Assembly (NCBI GenBank): GCA_964246065.1
Contig: CAXTPL010000008.1
Location: forward strand, 1 to 38,261
Direction of reading: 5' to 3'
DNA from: an uncultured Acidobacteriaceae bacterium
GTDB lineage: Bacteria; Acidobacteriota; Terriglobia; Terriglobales; Acidobacteriaceae
Length of the DNA stretch: 38,261 bases
Shown: piece by piece, positions 19,813-28,766 of the stretch
How the letters are laid out: every line of letters begins with the position of its first letter
Position numbering within the stretch: the first letter of the stretch is position 1
Notes under the pieces: generated by a model
Database searches by the model: none
The model's input: only the letters and a program-made list of their open reading frames with translations
What the model was told of the DNA's origin: nothing
Program-made: the position numbers and the translations under genes

Positions 19813-21663
19813 ATGCAGCAGCCTTCGATCGAAAACTACGGCATCATCGGCAATATGCGCTCTGCTGCGCTGGTCAGCATGGAAGGCGCCATAGATTTTT
19901 TCTGCTATCCCAGCTTCGATTCGCCTTCTGTTTTTGCGGCGCTGCTGGACCAGGACAAGGGTGGCTCGTTTCGCATCGATCCGGTCATGGCCGACCCGCG
20001 CCGGCGCCAGATGTATCTGCCGGACACCAATATCCTTGTGACTCGCTTCCTGTCAGAAGAAGGCGTGGTCGAGATCACCGACTTTATGCCGGTACCGGAA
20101 GAGCTGAACAGCGGCCCCTACCCGCACCACGTGCTCCGCACGGTCCGCGTGATCCGCGGCAAGGTGCGCTTTCATCTATGCTGCGCTCCACGCTTTGACT
20201 ATGGACGCGCCACGCACCGAACCTCTCGGCAGGGCGTCGCCGTTTGTTTCGAGCCTGATGGCAAACAGGATTCCCTGGCTCTCCGGGGCACCGTCCCGCT
20301 GCATATCCACAAGGGAGATGCTACCGCCGACTTTACCCTCGAGACGGGCGAGAGTGCCTCATTTGCATTCGGCAGATTCGGGCAAGAAGAAAACGCGGCA
20401 GGTGATCCGCTGCGGGTCCAGGACGTAGACGCGCACTTTAACGGAACCATAGCCTTTTGGCGCAACTGGCTCAAGCAGATGAAGTACACCGGCCGCTGGA
20501 GAGAAACGGTCAGCCGTTCCGCGCTGGCGCTTAAACTGCTCACCAGCCGCGAGCACGGGTCGCTTGTGGCCGCCGCTACCTTCGGCATACCGGAGCAGCG
20601 CGGCGGCAGCCGCAACTGGGATTACCGCTACACCTGGATGCGCGACTCATCCTTTACTTTGTACGCGTTTATGCGGTTGGGCTTTACCAGCGAAGCGACC
20701 CAGTTTACCTACTGGCTGCGCGAGCGATTCAGCGAGGGACTCGAGCAGGACGACTCCGTCGATGGCGGCCACGGGCCTTTGCAGGTCATTTACCGGATCG
20801 ACGGCGGCACGGACCTCGAGGAGACCACGCTCGATCATCTCGCGGGCTACGGCAACTCTCGTCCCGTACGCATCGGCAATGGCGCAGCAGGCCAGCTGCA
20901 GCTCGATATCTATGGCGAACTGATGGACGCGATCTATCTTGCCAACAAGTATGCCAAAGCGATTCCCAATGAGGGCTGGCGCCGCGTGTGCCGTGTGCTT
21001 GACTGGCTGGGGCGCAACTGGGAGCGCGCCGACGAAGGCATCTGGGAGGTGCGCAACGGAGCGCAGCACTTTCTACACTCGAGGTTGATGTGCTGGGTTG
21101 CTTTCGATCGCGCCATCCGCCTGGCGCAAAAGCGTTCCCTCGTTGCGCCGCTGAACGAGTGGCTCGCCATTCGCGACCGGATCCACGAAGACATCTTTGA
21201 AAACTTTTGGAACGAGGATCTCCAATCGTTTGTACAAACGAAAGGCTCGGAAACTCTAGACGCGGCCACCCTGCTGATGCCCATGCTGCGCTTTATCTCT
21301 CCTGCTGATCCGCAATGGCTTTCCACCATGCAGGCGCTCGAAGCAGGCCTGACGGAAGATGCGCTGGTGTATCGCTACACCACCGGCACAGATGGTCTGG
21401 ACGGAGATGAGGGCAGCTTTATCGCTTGTTCCTTCTGGCGCATCGAGTGCCTCGCGCGCCAGGGAGAGCTCGATAAGGCGCGCCTGCTCTTCGACAAAAT
21501 GCTCGGCTATGCCAACCACCTTGGCCTATACGCTGAGGAGCTCGGCAAAAACGGAGAACAGCTAGGCAACTTTCCCCAGGCGCTCACCCACCTGGCACTG
21601 ATCAGCGCCGCAACCTATCTCGACCGCAAACTTTCAGACGGCCGCAGCGACACCTGGGAGTAG
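19813..21663 (+). CDS. Glycoside hydrolase family 15 (trehalase/glucoamylase-like)
   Basis: YGIIGN, NWDYRYTWMRD, QLDIYGE, DEGIWEVR, GNFPQALTH; AAGGAG RBS. Confidence 0.94.
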   Translation: MQQPSIENYGIIGNMRSAALVSMEGAIDFFCYPSFDSPSVFAALLDQDKGGSFRIDPVMADPRRRQMYLPDTNILVTRFLSEEGVVEITDFMPVPEELNSGPYPHHVLRTVRVIRGKVRFHLCCAPRFDYGRATHRTSRQGVAVCFEPDGKQDSLALRGTVPLHIHKGDATADFTLETGESASFAFGRFGQEENAAGDPLRVQDVDAHFNGTIAFWRNWLKQMKYTGRWRETVSRSALALKLLTSREHGSLVAAATFGIPEQRGGSRNWDYRYTWMRDSSFTLYAFMRLGFTSEATQFTYWLRERFSEGLEQDDSVDGGHGPLQVIYRIDGGTDLEETTLDHLAGYGNSRPVRIGNGAAGQLQLDIYGELMDAIYLANKYAKAIPNEGWRRVCRVLDWLGRNWERADEGIWEVRNGAQHFLHSRLMCWVAFDRAIRLAQKRSLVAPLNEWLAIRDRIHEDIFENFWNEDLQSFVQTKGSETLDAATLLMPMLRFISPADPQWLSTMQALEAGLTEDALVYRYTTGTDGLDGDEGSFIACSFWRIECLARQGELDKARLLFDKMLGYANHLGLYAEELGKNGEQLGNFPQALTHLALISAATYLDRKLSDGRSDTWE

Positions 21664-21706
21664 CGACGAAGAAACCGCCGCCACGCGCCCCAACCGGCAG
21701 GGTCGC

Positions 21707-22135
21707 TCAACGGGCCAGCAGCGCTACGCCGCAGCACACAAACAGCGCGGCGATCCAGCGCTTACGGTCGACATTCTCATGCAGGAAAAACTTGGCTGCC
21801 ACGGCATTGCTCAAAAACGTAAGTGACGCTGAGGCGGGACCGATGAGGCTGACCTGCGCATGCGAGAGCGCAAAGAGCAGCGAGAAGAATCCGCCCGTCA
21901 TGCCGAGCACGCCCAGCCAGAAGCGCCCGCTGGTAAGTACGGCAAAGCTCGCGCCGACGATGCCGCGCCGCGCGCGGATGCCGTCAAGGTCAATCCGCCG
22001 CATCGCGGAAGCGATTAAAAGATCGCCCAGCGTCGCAAACGTAACAATGGTGGCTACCATTGCCGCGATCGCCCAGCCTGAGGCCTGGGGCAGCGCCCCC
22101 GGCGCGCTCACTGCTGCTGTCACTGCTGCGCTCAC
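21707..22135 (-). CDS. Small DMT/EamA (SMR-like, ArnE/ArnF-like) membrane protein
   Basis: Four hydrophobic helices, ALS...VS..GP, FFLHENV...RW motif; start overlaps the partner's stop. Confidence 0.85.
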   Translation of the reverse strand: MSAAVTAAVSAPGALPQASGWAIAAMVATIVTFATLGDLLIASAMRRIDLDGIRARRGIVGASFAVLTSGRFWLGVLGMTGGFFSLLFALSHAQVSLIGPASASLTFLSNAVAAKFFLHENVDRKRWIAALFVCCGVALLAR

Positions 22136-22142
22136 TGCTGCT
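22107..22142. repeat. 12-bp tandem repeat x3 at the stop/start overlap of the two DMT genes
   Basis: CTCACTGCTGCT GTCACTGCTGCG CTCACTGCTGCT. Confidence 0.8.
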
Positions 22143-22614
22143 CCTGGATACTTGCAGCCAGAGGCGTCTCGATTGCCCGGGTTGCTTCAGTGCTGGGCTG
22201 CTCGGTATAGCTTTGTCCATTCGCGACAAAGCCCACGCCGAGCGTGATGAGCAGGACCCCGATCCAACGGGAAGGACTTACCGGGTGGTGGAGCCAGAAC
22301 CTGTCGAGCAGCGCCATGATCACGTTGCCGATGGAGGTGGTCGGCAACACATAGGTCAGGTCAGCCCAGGAAAGTGCGGCCGTGTAGGATCCGAAAAAGC
22401 CAATCAGCAGTACGATCCCGGCAGCCACGTAGGGGGTGACGAGCGCATGGAGCAGTAGTTCAGGGTGATGGAGAGAGACAGGGCCAAGCCGCTGCATGCC
22501 GATCGCCAAAAGGGTGTCCCCGAGCGGCGCGGTTAGCGCTACGACCAGCAGCACAAGGTACTTATGCGGCGTCATGCGCGGCGTCACGTGCGGGGTGACA
22601 GAAGGGTGGGCCAT
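22132..22614 (-). CDS. Small DMT/EamA (SMR-like, ArnE/ArnF-like) membrane protein
   Basis: Four hydrophobic helices, ALSWADLTYVLP, LHHPVS..RWIGVLLI.LGV typical of ArnF-like DMT proteins. Confidence 0.85.
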   Translation of the reverse strand: MAHPSVTPHVTPRMTPHKYLVLLVVALTAPLGDTLLAIGMQRLGPVSLHHPELLLHALVTPYVAAGIVLLIGFFGSYTAALSWADLTYVLPTTSIGNVIMALLDRFWLHHPVSPSRWIGVLLITLGVGFVANGQSYTEQPSTEATRAIETPLAASIQEQQ

Positions 22615-22696
22615 CTGTTATCTTCAGCCCCCTTCGTCGCGCTTTCTAGAAAGCAAAACGCGGCCGGCATCGCGCCGGCCGCGTCGTCCCCCGTAC

Positions 22697-24187
22697 TTAT
22701 ACGCCGGCGCGGATGGCCGTAGCCGCATCGCGTTTGTCACTCTTGCTCTGCTTGACCATCTTGTTCCGCTCGGCACGCAACTTGAGAAATGCTCTCGCCT
22801 CGGTATACAGGCGGGGTACATCCCGATTGACGACCGCCTTCCAGACGACGCGGAACGCGGCCTTCGGGCGGAAGTAATATTCGTCGTAGAAGCGATGCAC
22901 CATCTCGAGCACGTACTCGGTAGGCAGCCCTGGGTATTCGATGTGGGCAAGCTGGTGCCCGCCTTCGTCGACCATCTTGGCCTCATTGGTGATGAAGCCG
23001 TGCTCCTTGGCGAAGTCGTAAAACTCCGTGCCCGGGAACGCGTGCGCAATAGAGACCTGGATCGTTTCCACGTCGAGCGCCTTGGCGAAATCAATCGTGT
23101 TGCGAATCGATTCTTTCGTCTCTCCCGGCAGCCCAAGGATGAAATCTCCGTGGATGATCAGGCCCAGATCGTGGCAGTCCTTTACGAAGTCGCGTGCACG
23201 CTGCACGGTCGCGCCTTTTTTAATGTTTTTGAGGATCTGCGGATCGCCCGACTCAAAGCCGACGATCAGCAGCCGGCAGCCGGCTTCCTTCATCGCCTTG
23301 AGCGTGTCCCTGTCTGTGGTAACGCGCGAGGTGCAGGACCAGGTGAGGCCGAGAGGCTTCAGCTTGGCGCAAAGCTCGATCGTCCTTGCCTTCTGGATGT
23401 TGAACGTGTCGTCATCGAAAAAGAACTCTTTCACCTCAGGGAAGAGCTTCTTCGCATGTGCCATCTCAGCGGCTACATCGTCGCTCGAGCGCTTGCGCCA
23501 GGCATGGCCTGAGAGCGTCTGCGGCCACAGGCAAAAGGTGCACTGGGCCGGGCAGCCGCGGGTGGAATACAGCGCAACATAGGGGTGCAGCAGGAACGGC
23601 ACGTTGTACTTGGTGACGTCGAGATCGCGCTTGTATATCTCGGTCACCCACGGCATATCCGGCTTGTCGAGCTTTTCTACCTGCGGGCGATCCGGGTTGT
23701 GCACGATCGTGCCCGAAGCATCACGGTAGGAGACGCCCAGAATCTCCTGCAGCGGCTTGCCACTGGCATATTCGACCACCGAAAAATCGAACTCGCGACG
23801 GCAGATGAAGTCGATGGCCGCGCACTCATGCAATGCTTTGTCGGTGTCGGTGGTGACCGGCGGGCCGACAAACGCGATCTTGATTTCGGGATAAGCGGCC
23901 TTTACCTTTTCAGCCGCACGCTGGTCCCCGGTCCACCCGATGGTGCTGGTAAACAAGACCAGGAACTCGTAATCCTTGAGGATCTCGATCACGCCGTCCC
24001 AGGACACATGATGCGGGTTCGCGTCCAGCAGGCGCGAGCCCTCGATCAGCCCCGCCGGGTACGCCAGCCATACCGGGTACCAATAGGACTCGATCTCGCG
24101 GGTGGCAGGCCAGCGCGAGCTGGCGCCGCCATCGAAGTTCTCGAAGGAGGGAGGGTTCAGAAGTAAGGTTTTCAGCGGCATATCCAC
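22697..24187 (-). CDS. hpnJ: Hopanoid biosynthesis-associated radical SAM protein HpnJ
   Basis: Diagnostic N-terminus KTLLLNPPSFENFDGGASSRWPATREIESYWYPVWLA; radical SAM motif CPAQCTFC followed by LWPQT; FFFDDDTF. Start GTG 24187 or ATG 24181. Confidence 0.95.
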   Translation of the reverse strand: MDMPLKTLLLNPPSFENFDGGASSRWPATREIESYWYPVWLAYPAGLIEGSRLLDANPHHVSWDGVIEILKDYEFLVLFTSTIGWTGDQRAAEKVKAAYPEIKIAFVGPPVTTDTDKALHECAAIDFICRREFDFSVVEYASGKPLQEILGVSYRDASGTIVHNPDRPQVEKLDKPDMPWVTEIYKRDLDVTKYNVPFLLHPYVALYSTRGCPAQCTFCLWPQTLSGHAWRKRSSDDVAAEMAHAKKLFPEVKEFFFDDDTFNIQKARTIELCAKLKPLGLTWSCTSRVTTDRDTLKAMKEAGCRLLIVGFESGDPQILKNIKKGATVQRARDFVKDCHDLGLIIHGDFILGLPGETKESIRNTIDFAKALDVETIQVSIAHAFPGTEFYDFAKEHGFITNEAKMVDEGGHQLAHIEYPGLPTEYVLEMVHRFYDEYYFRPKAAFRVVWKAVVNRDVPRLYTEARAFLKLRAERNKMVKQSKSDKRDAATAIRAGV

Positions 24188-24242
24188 CTATAAGTCTAAC
24201 ACTGGGGCTGCATTTTGCCCTACAGCTTGTGCAAGCAGGAGC

Positions 24243-25619
24243 CTAGCGAGCTTCGGAAGCGAGCCAGCTACTCAGCTGCCTTGTCATACGAAGCGACGAG
24301 AGCTGCGCTTTGAGCAAGGCAAAGCGCGCATCCTGCAGCTCGATAAACCGGGACCGCTCCTCGATGCGTGCCTGCATCTCGTCGATCGGTGTCAGCGGCG
24401 CCGCGCCCGGCGTGCTAGGCGGGTTTTGCGTTTGCAGCAACACCACTTGCAGCTGCTGCTGCGCCAGGGCGTATTGCAACTCAGCTACCCGCGCCTGCGC
24501 TCGCAAGGTAGGCAGGCTGGCGTCCAATTGCACCCCCTGCTCGTCGGCCTGCTCGCGGGCCTGCTCTGCCTCCATGCCTGCGTGCACCGCGTCGGCAGCC
24601 GACTCGCGTGCCTTGGCGCTCAAGGTCGCGTTGTACAGAGGAAAGGAAGCCTGGACACCGACGCTGAAATTGTTCGCCTGAAGCTTATTGCTGTAGTAGT
24701 AGTCGTAGTTATTTACCGAAGTATCAAACAGCTGATAGTTGAAGCCGAAGCCGACCTGCGGACGATACTTCTGGCGCTGGTCTCCATGCGCAAGGTAGCT
24801 CTTGCTGGCTGCATTGCTGTAGCTCGCATCGACGCTGGCCAGGTTTCGCCGTCCTTGAGCCGTCGCCCCCGGGGCTGCTCGCGGTATGGACTTGGGATCG
24901 GTCTGTATCGAGGCGGGGAAGAGCCCGGTCAGGTTGGCAAGCCGCTCGCGCAGTACCTTCGCCTGCCCGGCAAGATCGAGCCGCCGCAGCTCCGTTTGCG
25001 CCTCGGTCAGTTCGGCGCGGGTAGCGGCCAGCTGGCTTTCCACCCCGGCGCTTACGCGATCCTGTTCGATGGTTTGCAGCCGCTCTGCATAGGCGCGCTG
25101 CTCGGCCAGGGCTCCAAGTTGTTGTTCAAGCGCTGCCAGCTGCGCGTAATCGAGGGCCGTGTCCAGCTCTACCTGGTCAAGCGCATCCTGGAGGCGCAGC
25201 GTTGCTGCGTTCAAGGCTGCGCGCGCAGCCCGAATATAGTCCGGCTGCGAAAACGAGACGACCAGCGATTGCACCTGTGCATTGACAATGGTCGGCTGCC
25301 CGACAGGGAAGCCATAGGAGTAGCCGGCGGAGGAGCCCACCACCACAGACGGGATATACACATCGCGCGCTTCTGACACCGAGGCACGCGCCCGGGTCAC
25401 ATCTGCCTGGGCCTGCCCTACGGCGCTGCTGTTGCGCCGGGCCAGATCGACAACCGTGTAAAGGGAGATTTGCGCTGAGGCCGCGGCGCCCGTCAGAAGG
25501 AAGCCGCACAGCAGCGCGGCAAGCTTTCCGGATCGACGCCGGAGCAGGTTTCGGCGCCAGTGGCGCGAGTCCCGCACAGGCAGCGTGCAGCTCCGCCTGC
25601 GGCGATTAAGGCGCAACAT
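24243..25619 (-). CDS. TolC-family outer membrane efflux protein
   Basis: Signal peptide ending ASAQ, ISL..VV.LA..NS, long helical repeats interrupted by beta-strand segments (YRPQVGFGFNY, VGVQASFPLYN). Start uncertain (25619 or later). Confidence 0.85.
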   Translation of the reverse strand: MLRLNRRRRSCTLPVRDSRHWRRNLLRRRSGKLAALLCGFLLTGAAASAQISLYTVVDLARRNSSAVGQAQADVTRARASVSEARDVYIPSVVVGSSAGYSYGFPVGQPTIVNAQVQSLVVSFSQPDYIRAARAALNAATLRLQDALDQVELDTALDYAQLAALEQQLGALAEQRAYAERLQTIEQDRVSAGVESQLAATRAELTEAQTELRRLDLAGQAKVLRERLANLTGLFPASIQTDPKSIPRAAPGATAQGRRNLASVDASYSNAASKSYLAHGDQRQKYRPQVGFGFNYQLFDTSVNNYDYYYSNKLQANNFSVGVQASFPLYNATLSAKARESAADAVHAGMEAEQAREQADEQGVQLDASLPTLRAQARVAELQYALAQQQLQVVLLQTQNPPSTPGAAPLTPIDEMQARIEERSRFIELQDARFALLKAQLSSLRMTRQLSSWLASEAR

Positions 25620-26847
25620 CGACCGGAACCCCATCCACAAGCGGCTGCGTGGTGGTGCTGCCAAGAGCCACCGTTTCGCCCGCATCCACGCCGGAGACAA
25701 TCTGTATCTGTGTCAGGTTCAGATGCCCCACTGTGACCTTGGTCCGCTTCAGCTTGCCGCGCACCACACGGTATACGTAGGACAAGCCATCTTCGGTGTG
25801 GAGCGCTTCACGGGGCACGTACAGCGCGTTTGGAACACTCGCCGTCGTCACCGTTACATTTACGTTGGTATTCGGCAACAGCTCGTTGTTGGCGTCATCA
25901 ATGGTGCAAAAAACCTCGCCCACATTGCGTGTTGTATAGGTAATCACCGTGGCAGGCAGCCGCGCAATGTGCCCATGCCAGGTACGATCCGGCTTGGCCA
26001 CCCAGGTTATGGTGACAGGCTGCCCCACCGAAAGCTTGCCGATATCCGGCTCATCGAAGTACGCCACCACTTCCATCCTGGACAGATCTGCGATCTGCAG
26101 CAGGCGGTCGCCCTGTTGTACATACTCGGTGAGCGCGGCTGAAAGCGAGTAGACCGTTCCGTCAAACGGCGCATGCACGTTGGCGTTGGCTACAGCCTGC
26201 TGCGCTGCGGCAACCATGGCTTGCGCTTCAGAGACTGAAGCCTGCGCATGACCCAGATCCTGCGCGTCGTAGCGCTCGGTGCGGCGCTGGTCCAAAAGGT
26301 GGAGCGCGTTTTCATCCGACGCAAGCCGGTTCTGCGCGGCGGCCACCTCGCTCGGCGAAGCAGCGCCTCCCGCAGCGAGTTTTTGTACTGTCTGCAAGCT
26401 TTGCCGGGCCTGGTCTCGCTCCGCCTGCGCCCGCGCCGTGTCGCCGCCAAGCGTGAGCCGTTCTTCCTGCGTACCGCCCCGCGCCAACGCGTTATTGTTT
26501 GCGCGCGCACCGTCAAGCGCGGCCACGGCAGTTTGCAGGCGCGCCCTGGCATCGGCGTCGTCCAGGGTGAGCAGGAGCTTGCCCTTGGCGACACGATCGC
26601 CTTCATGCACAAAAAGCGACTTGACCACGCCGGCAAACGGCGCATGCGCTTCGTAGTTGCTGCTTGGCTGCACCTTGCCGTTGGTAGACAAGGTGCTCGT
26701 AATGCTGCCGCGCTGCACCGTGGTTACGCGCACCTGCAGGGTTGTCCGCGTCACGGTGCGTGCGCCGAAAAAGACCGCACAAACAATCAATGCGCTTGCA
26801 ATCCAAACCCATACTCGGCTGCTGCGCTTTAACGGAGGATTCGGCAT
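25606..26847 (-). CDS. Efflux periplasmic adaptor (membrane fusion protein, HlyD/MacA-like)
   Basis: N-terminal TM anchor, lipoyl-like motifs HAPFAGVV...EGDRV.KG and VHAPFDGTV, helical hairpin, LYVPREAL. Confidence 0.92.
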   Translation of the reverse strand: MPNPPLKRSSRVWVWIASALIVCAVFFGARTVTRTTLQVRVTTVQRGSITSTLSTNGKVQPSSNYEAHAPFAGVVKSLFVHEGDRVAKGKLLLTLDDADARARLQTAVAALDGARANNNALARGGTQEERLTLGGDTARAQAERDQARQSLQTVQKLAAGGAASPSEVAAAQNRLASDENALHLLDQRRTERYDAQDLGHAQASVSEAQAMVAAAQQAVANANVHAPFDGTVYSLSAALTEYVQQGDRLLQIADLSRMEVVAYFDEPDIGKLSVGQPVTITWVAKPDRTWHGHIARLPATVITYTTRNVGEVFCTIDDANNELLPNTNVNVTVTTASVPNALYVPREALHTEDGLSYVYRVVRGKLKRTKVTVGHLNLTQIQIVSGVDAGETVALGSTTTQPLVDGVPVDVAP

Positions 26848-26940
26848 GCGGACCGCTCTTAAGTATATAGGACGAAGCGGGGCCGCCCACCTGGTGCAAG
26901 CCAGCCCGGTTTCGTCAGCCGCCCTACCCGCAGCGATGCT

Positions 26941-27587
26941 CTACTTCGGGCGTTGCTTCAGCCCCGGATCGGGCGGCCCGCCGAAGCTGCCGCTCATGCC
27001 GGCCAGGTCCTTAGGCGACATGTGTCCCCGCAGATGGATAAAGCTCAGATCTTTCGGCTCGGCGTCGATGATCACCATTTCGCTCATCCTGCCTTCGGCA
27101 TCTGTCTTGACGCAGATGTCGGTCGACTCAGTCGCACTGTGTTCCTTGACAAGATGGGACCAGCCACCGCCGTCCAGCCGCTTCCGTATCTGCTCCACAT
27201 CGTCCATCCGGTACTTGCCCGGGGCGTCATACTCATAGTTGCGGACCAGCACCGAGTCCATCTTGCCGATCAGCGCCTTCGCGTGGGGATCGTCGCTGTT
27301 GCCCACCATGCCGCCTGCCAGTCCAATCATGTTCTTGTCCAGTGTCACTTCGCTCGCGTTCTTGGCCCCCTGCGCAAACTTGTCCACGCCTGACAACACA
27401 TCGTCCTGCTGGGATCATCCGCCAGCGCCAGGGCGCTAAGGGGAAACAGCAGCGCCAAAGCCAGCAGAGCGAGGGCAGCCAGTGCATAGGCGGTCTCCCT
27501 CAGCCTGCAGAGCAGGTTGTGTCGCTCGGAACGAGTGTGCGGGCTGATCGAGGAAAGGATGGTAGACGTGCGAGTGGCAGGGTACAT
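26941..27587 (-). pseudogene. DUF4252-like exported protein split by a 1-bp frameshift (genuine pseudogene or sequencing error)
   Basis: ATG 27587 after AAGGAG gives a signal peptide (...LFPLSALALADDP); adding one base to the G run at 27411-27413 joins it to QQDDVLSGVDKFAQGAKNASEVTLDKNM...VRNYEYDAPGKY...LSFIHLRG (215 aa). Confidence 0.75.
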
Positions 27588-27604
27588 GGCGGTCTCCTTG
27601 CGTT

Positions 27605-27658
27605 GCGTGGTGTGCAGCGTGGTGTGTTGCGTGGAGTGCAGCGTGGTGTGCTGCATGG
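27605..27658. repeat. 12-bp tandem repeat x4.5 (GCGTGGTGTGCA consensus)
   Basis: GCGTGGTGTGCA GCGTGGTGTGTT GCGTGGAGTGCA GCGTGGTGTGCT GCATGG. Confidence 0.88.
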
Positions 27659-27673
27659 GCGCGTAGCTCGGGT

Positions 27674-28072
27674 TTAATTTGCCGAGAGGGAAACTTGTGC
27701 AGCCTTGTGAAGATTCAAGCGGTAGCCGGCGCCCGTCAGGGCTGTCTGCGTCACGCGCATCGCTACTGCAAAGCGCTCGGCTACTCGCTTTGCCTGCTGC
27801 TGCTGTCGCTGATGCCGTTGCACCAGGGCCGCCCCGGCCAGCGTCAGTGCCAGCAGCAAGGTAGCGGCTAGGGCAAGTCGGCAGCTGCTTCCCGCTCGCG
27901 CTCGACCCCTAGACCCTGCAGAGACAGCCACTCGCCGCAGCACGCTCTCCGCAAACTGCTTCGGTGGCTGTACCCTTTTGAGCGTCAGCTTCAGGTCAAG
28001 CTCGGCCAGGCTCATGCGGTACTCACTGTCGATGCCGTTCGGCGGCTCTTCTTCGTCATTAAGCACGGACAT
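27674..28072 (-). CDS. Putative single-pass membrane anti-sigma factor
   Basis: Overlaps the ECF sigma stop; L..TLKRVQPPKQFAESVL motif followed by one TM helix and a short helical tail. Confidence 0.65.
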   Translation of the reverse strand: MSVLNDEEEPPNGIDSEYRMSLAELDLKLTLKRVQPPKQFAESVLRRVAVSAGSRGRARAGSSCRLALAATLLLALTLAGAALVQRHQRQQQQAKRVAERFAVAMRVTQTALTGAGYRLNLHKAAQVSLSAN

Positions 28073-28590
28073 ACTCCTTCAAAATGGTGCCGGCCTTGCG
28101 GCGCAACAGGGTAAGCGCCCGCTGCAGGTTCGACTTCACGGTGGCAAGCGGTTGACCCAAAAGTGCCGCAATCTCGGGTGGGGTTAATTCCTCCTGGTAG
28201 CGCAGCACGACCGCGGTGCGCATCGCCATGGGCAGGCTCTGGAGCATCTGCTCCACACGCGCAGCGACCGGCTCATCGCCCTTCGGCGTTGCGTAGCGAT
28301 GTTCCAGCGCCTCGTCCCAGGGCTCGGTCCAGGTGCTTGCGGCGGCTTCCGGTCGCACTTGGCGGCGGCGCCGGTAGTCTGTCGCCCGGTGCACCGTCAC
28401 CCGGCGCAGCCATTGCACCAGATGTTCCGTGGAGTCCAATCGCGCAAGCGCTGTGGAGAGCTCACGGAAACACCTCCTGCGCGACCTCTTCCGCGCCCGG
28501 AGGGTCGCCCAGCAGCCGCAACGCGATCGAGTAAACCATCGCCTGGTGCGCCAGAACGATGGCTCGAAACTCGTTCTCCTTCGGCTGCAT
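28059..28590 (-). pseudogene. ECF sigma-70 factor split by a 1-bp frameshift (genuine pseudogene or sequencing error)
   Basis: ATG 28590 reads MQPKENEFRAIVLAHQAMVYSIALRLLGDPPGAEEVAQEVF (region 2) then CCG TGA; removing one base at 28465-28470 joins RELSTAL...WLRRVTVHRATD...LP...RTAVVLRYQEELTPPEIA.LLGQPLATVKSNLQRA (region 4); 176 aa. Confidence 0.85.
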
Positions 28591-28766
28591 GCTCGCTCCC
28601 GCCTTTCCCTGTACCCGTCTATACGCACATGCGCACCTGGCGGAATGCAGAACTTTGCGCGAACTTGGACTTTTCGCTCACAAACGACTTTTCCCTCCTT
28701 CGCTGCACGCGAACGTCCTACCGAATGCAAGCCCCTCGGCGACGGCAGCCACGATAAACTTGGAGC

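Noticed and set aside
19647-27658. Short repeat arrays at 19647, 22107 and 27605 as CRISPR-like arrays
   Set aside because: Units are 12-19 bp, head-to-tail without unique spacers, and no cas genes are present.
28591-28766. preQ1 riboswitch upstream of queF
   Set aside because: No preQ1-I stem-loop with A-rich tail is visible, and a -10-like box 6 nt before the ATG leaves no room for a leader.
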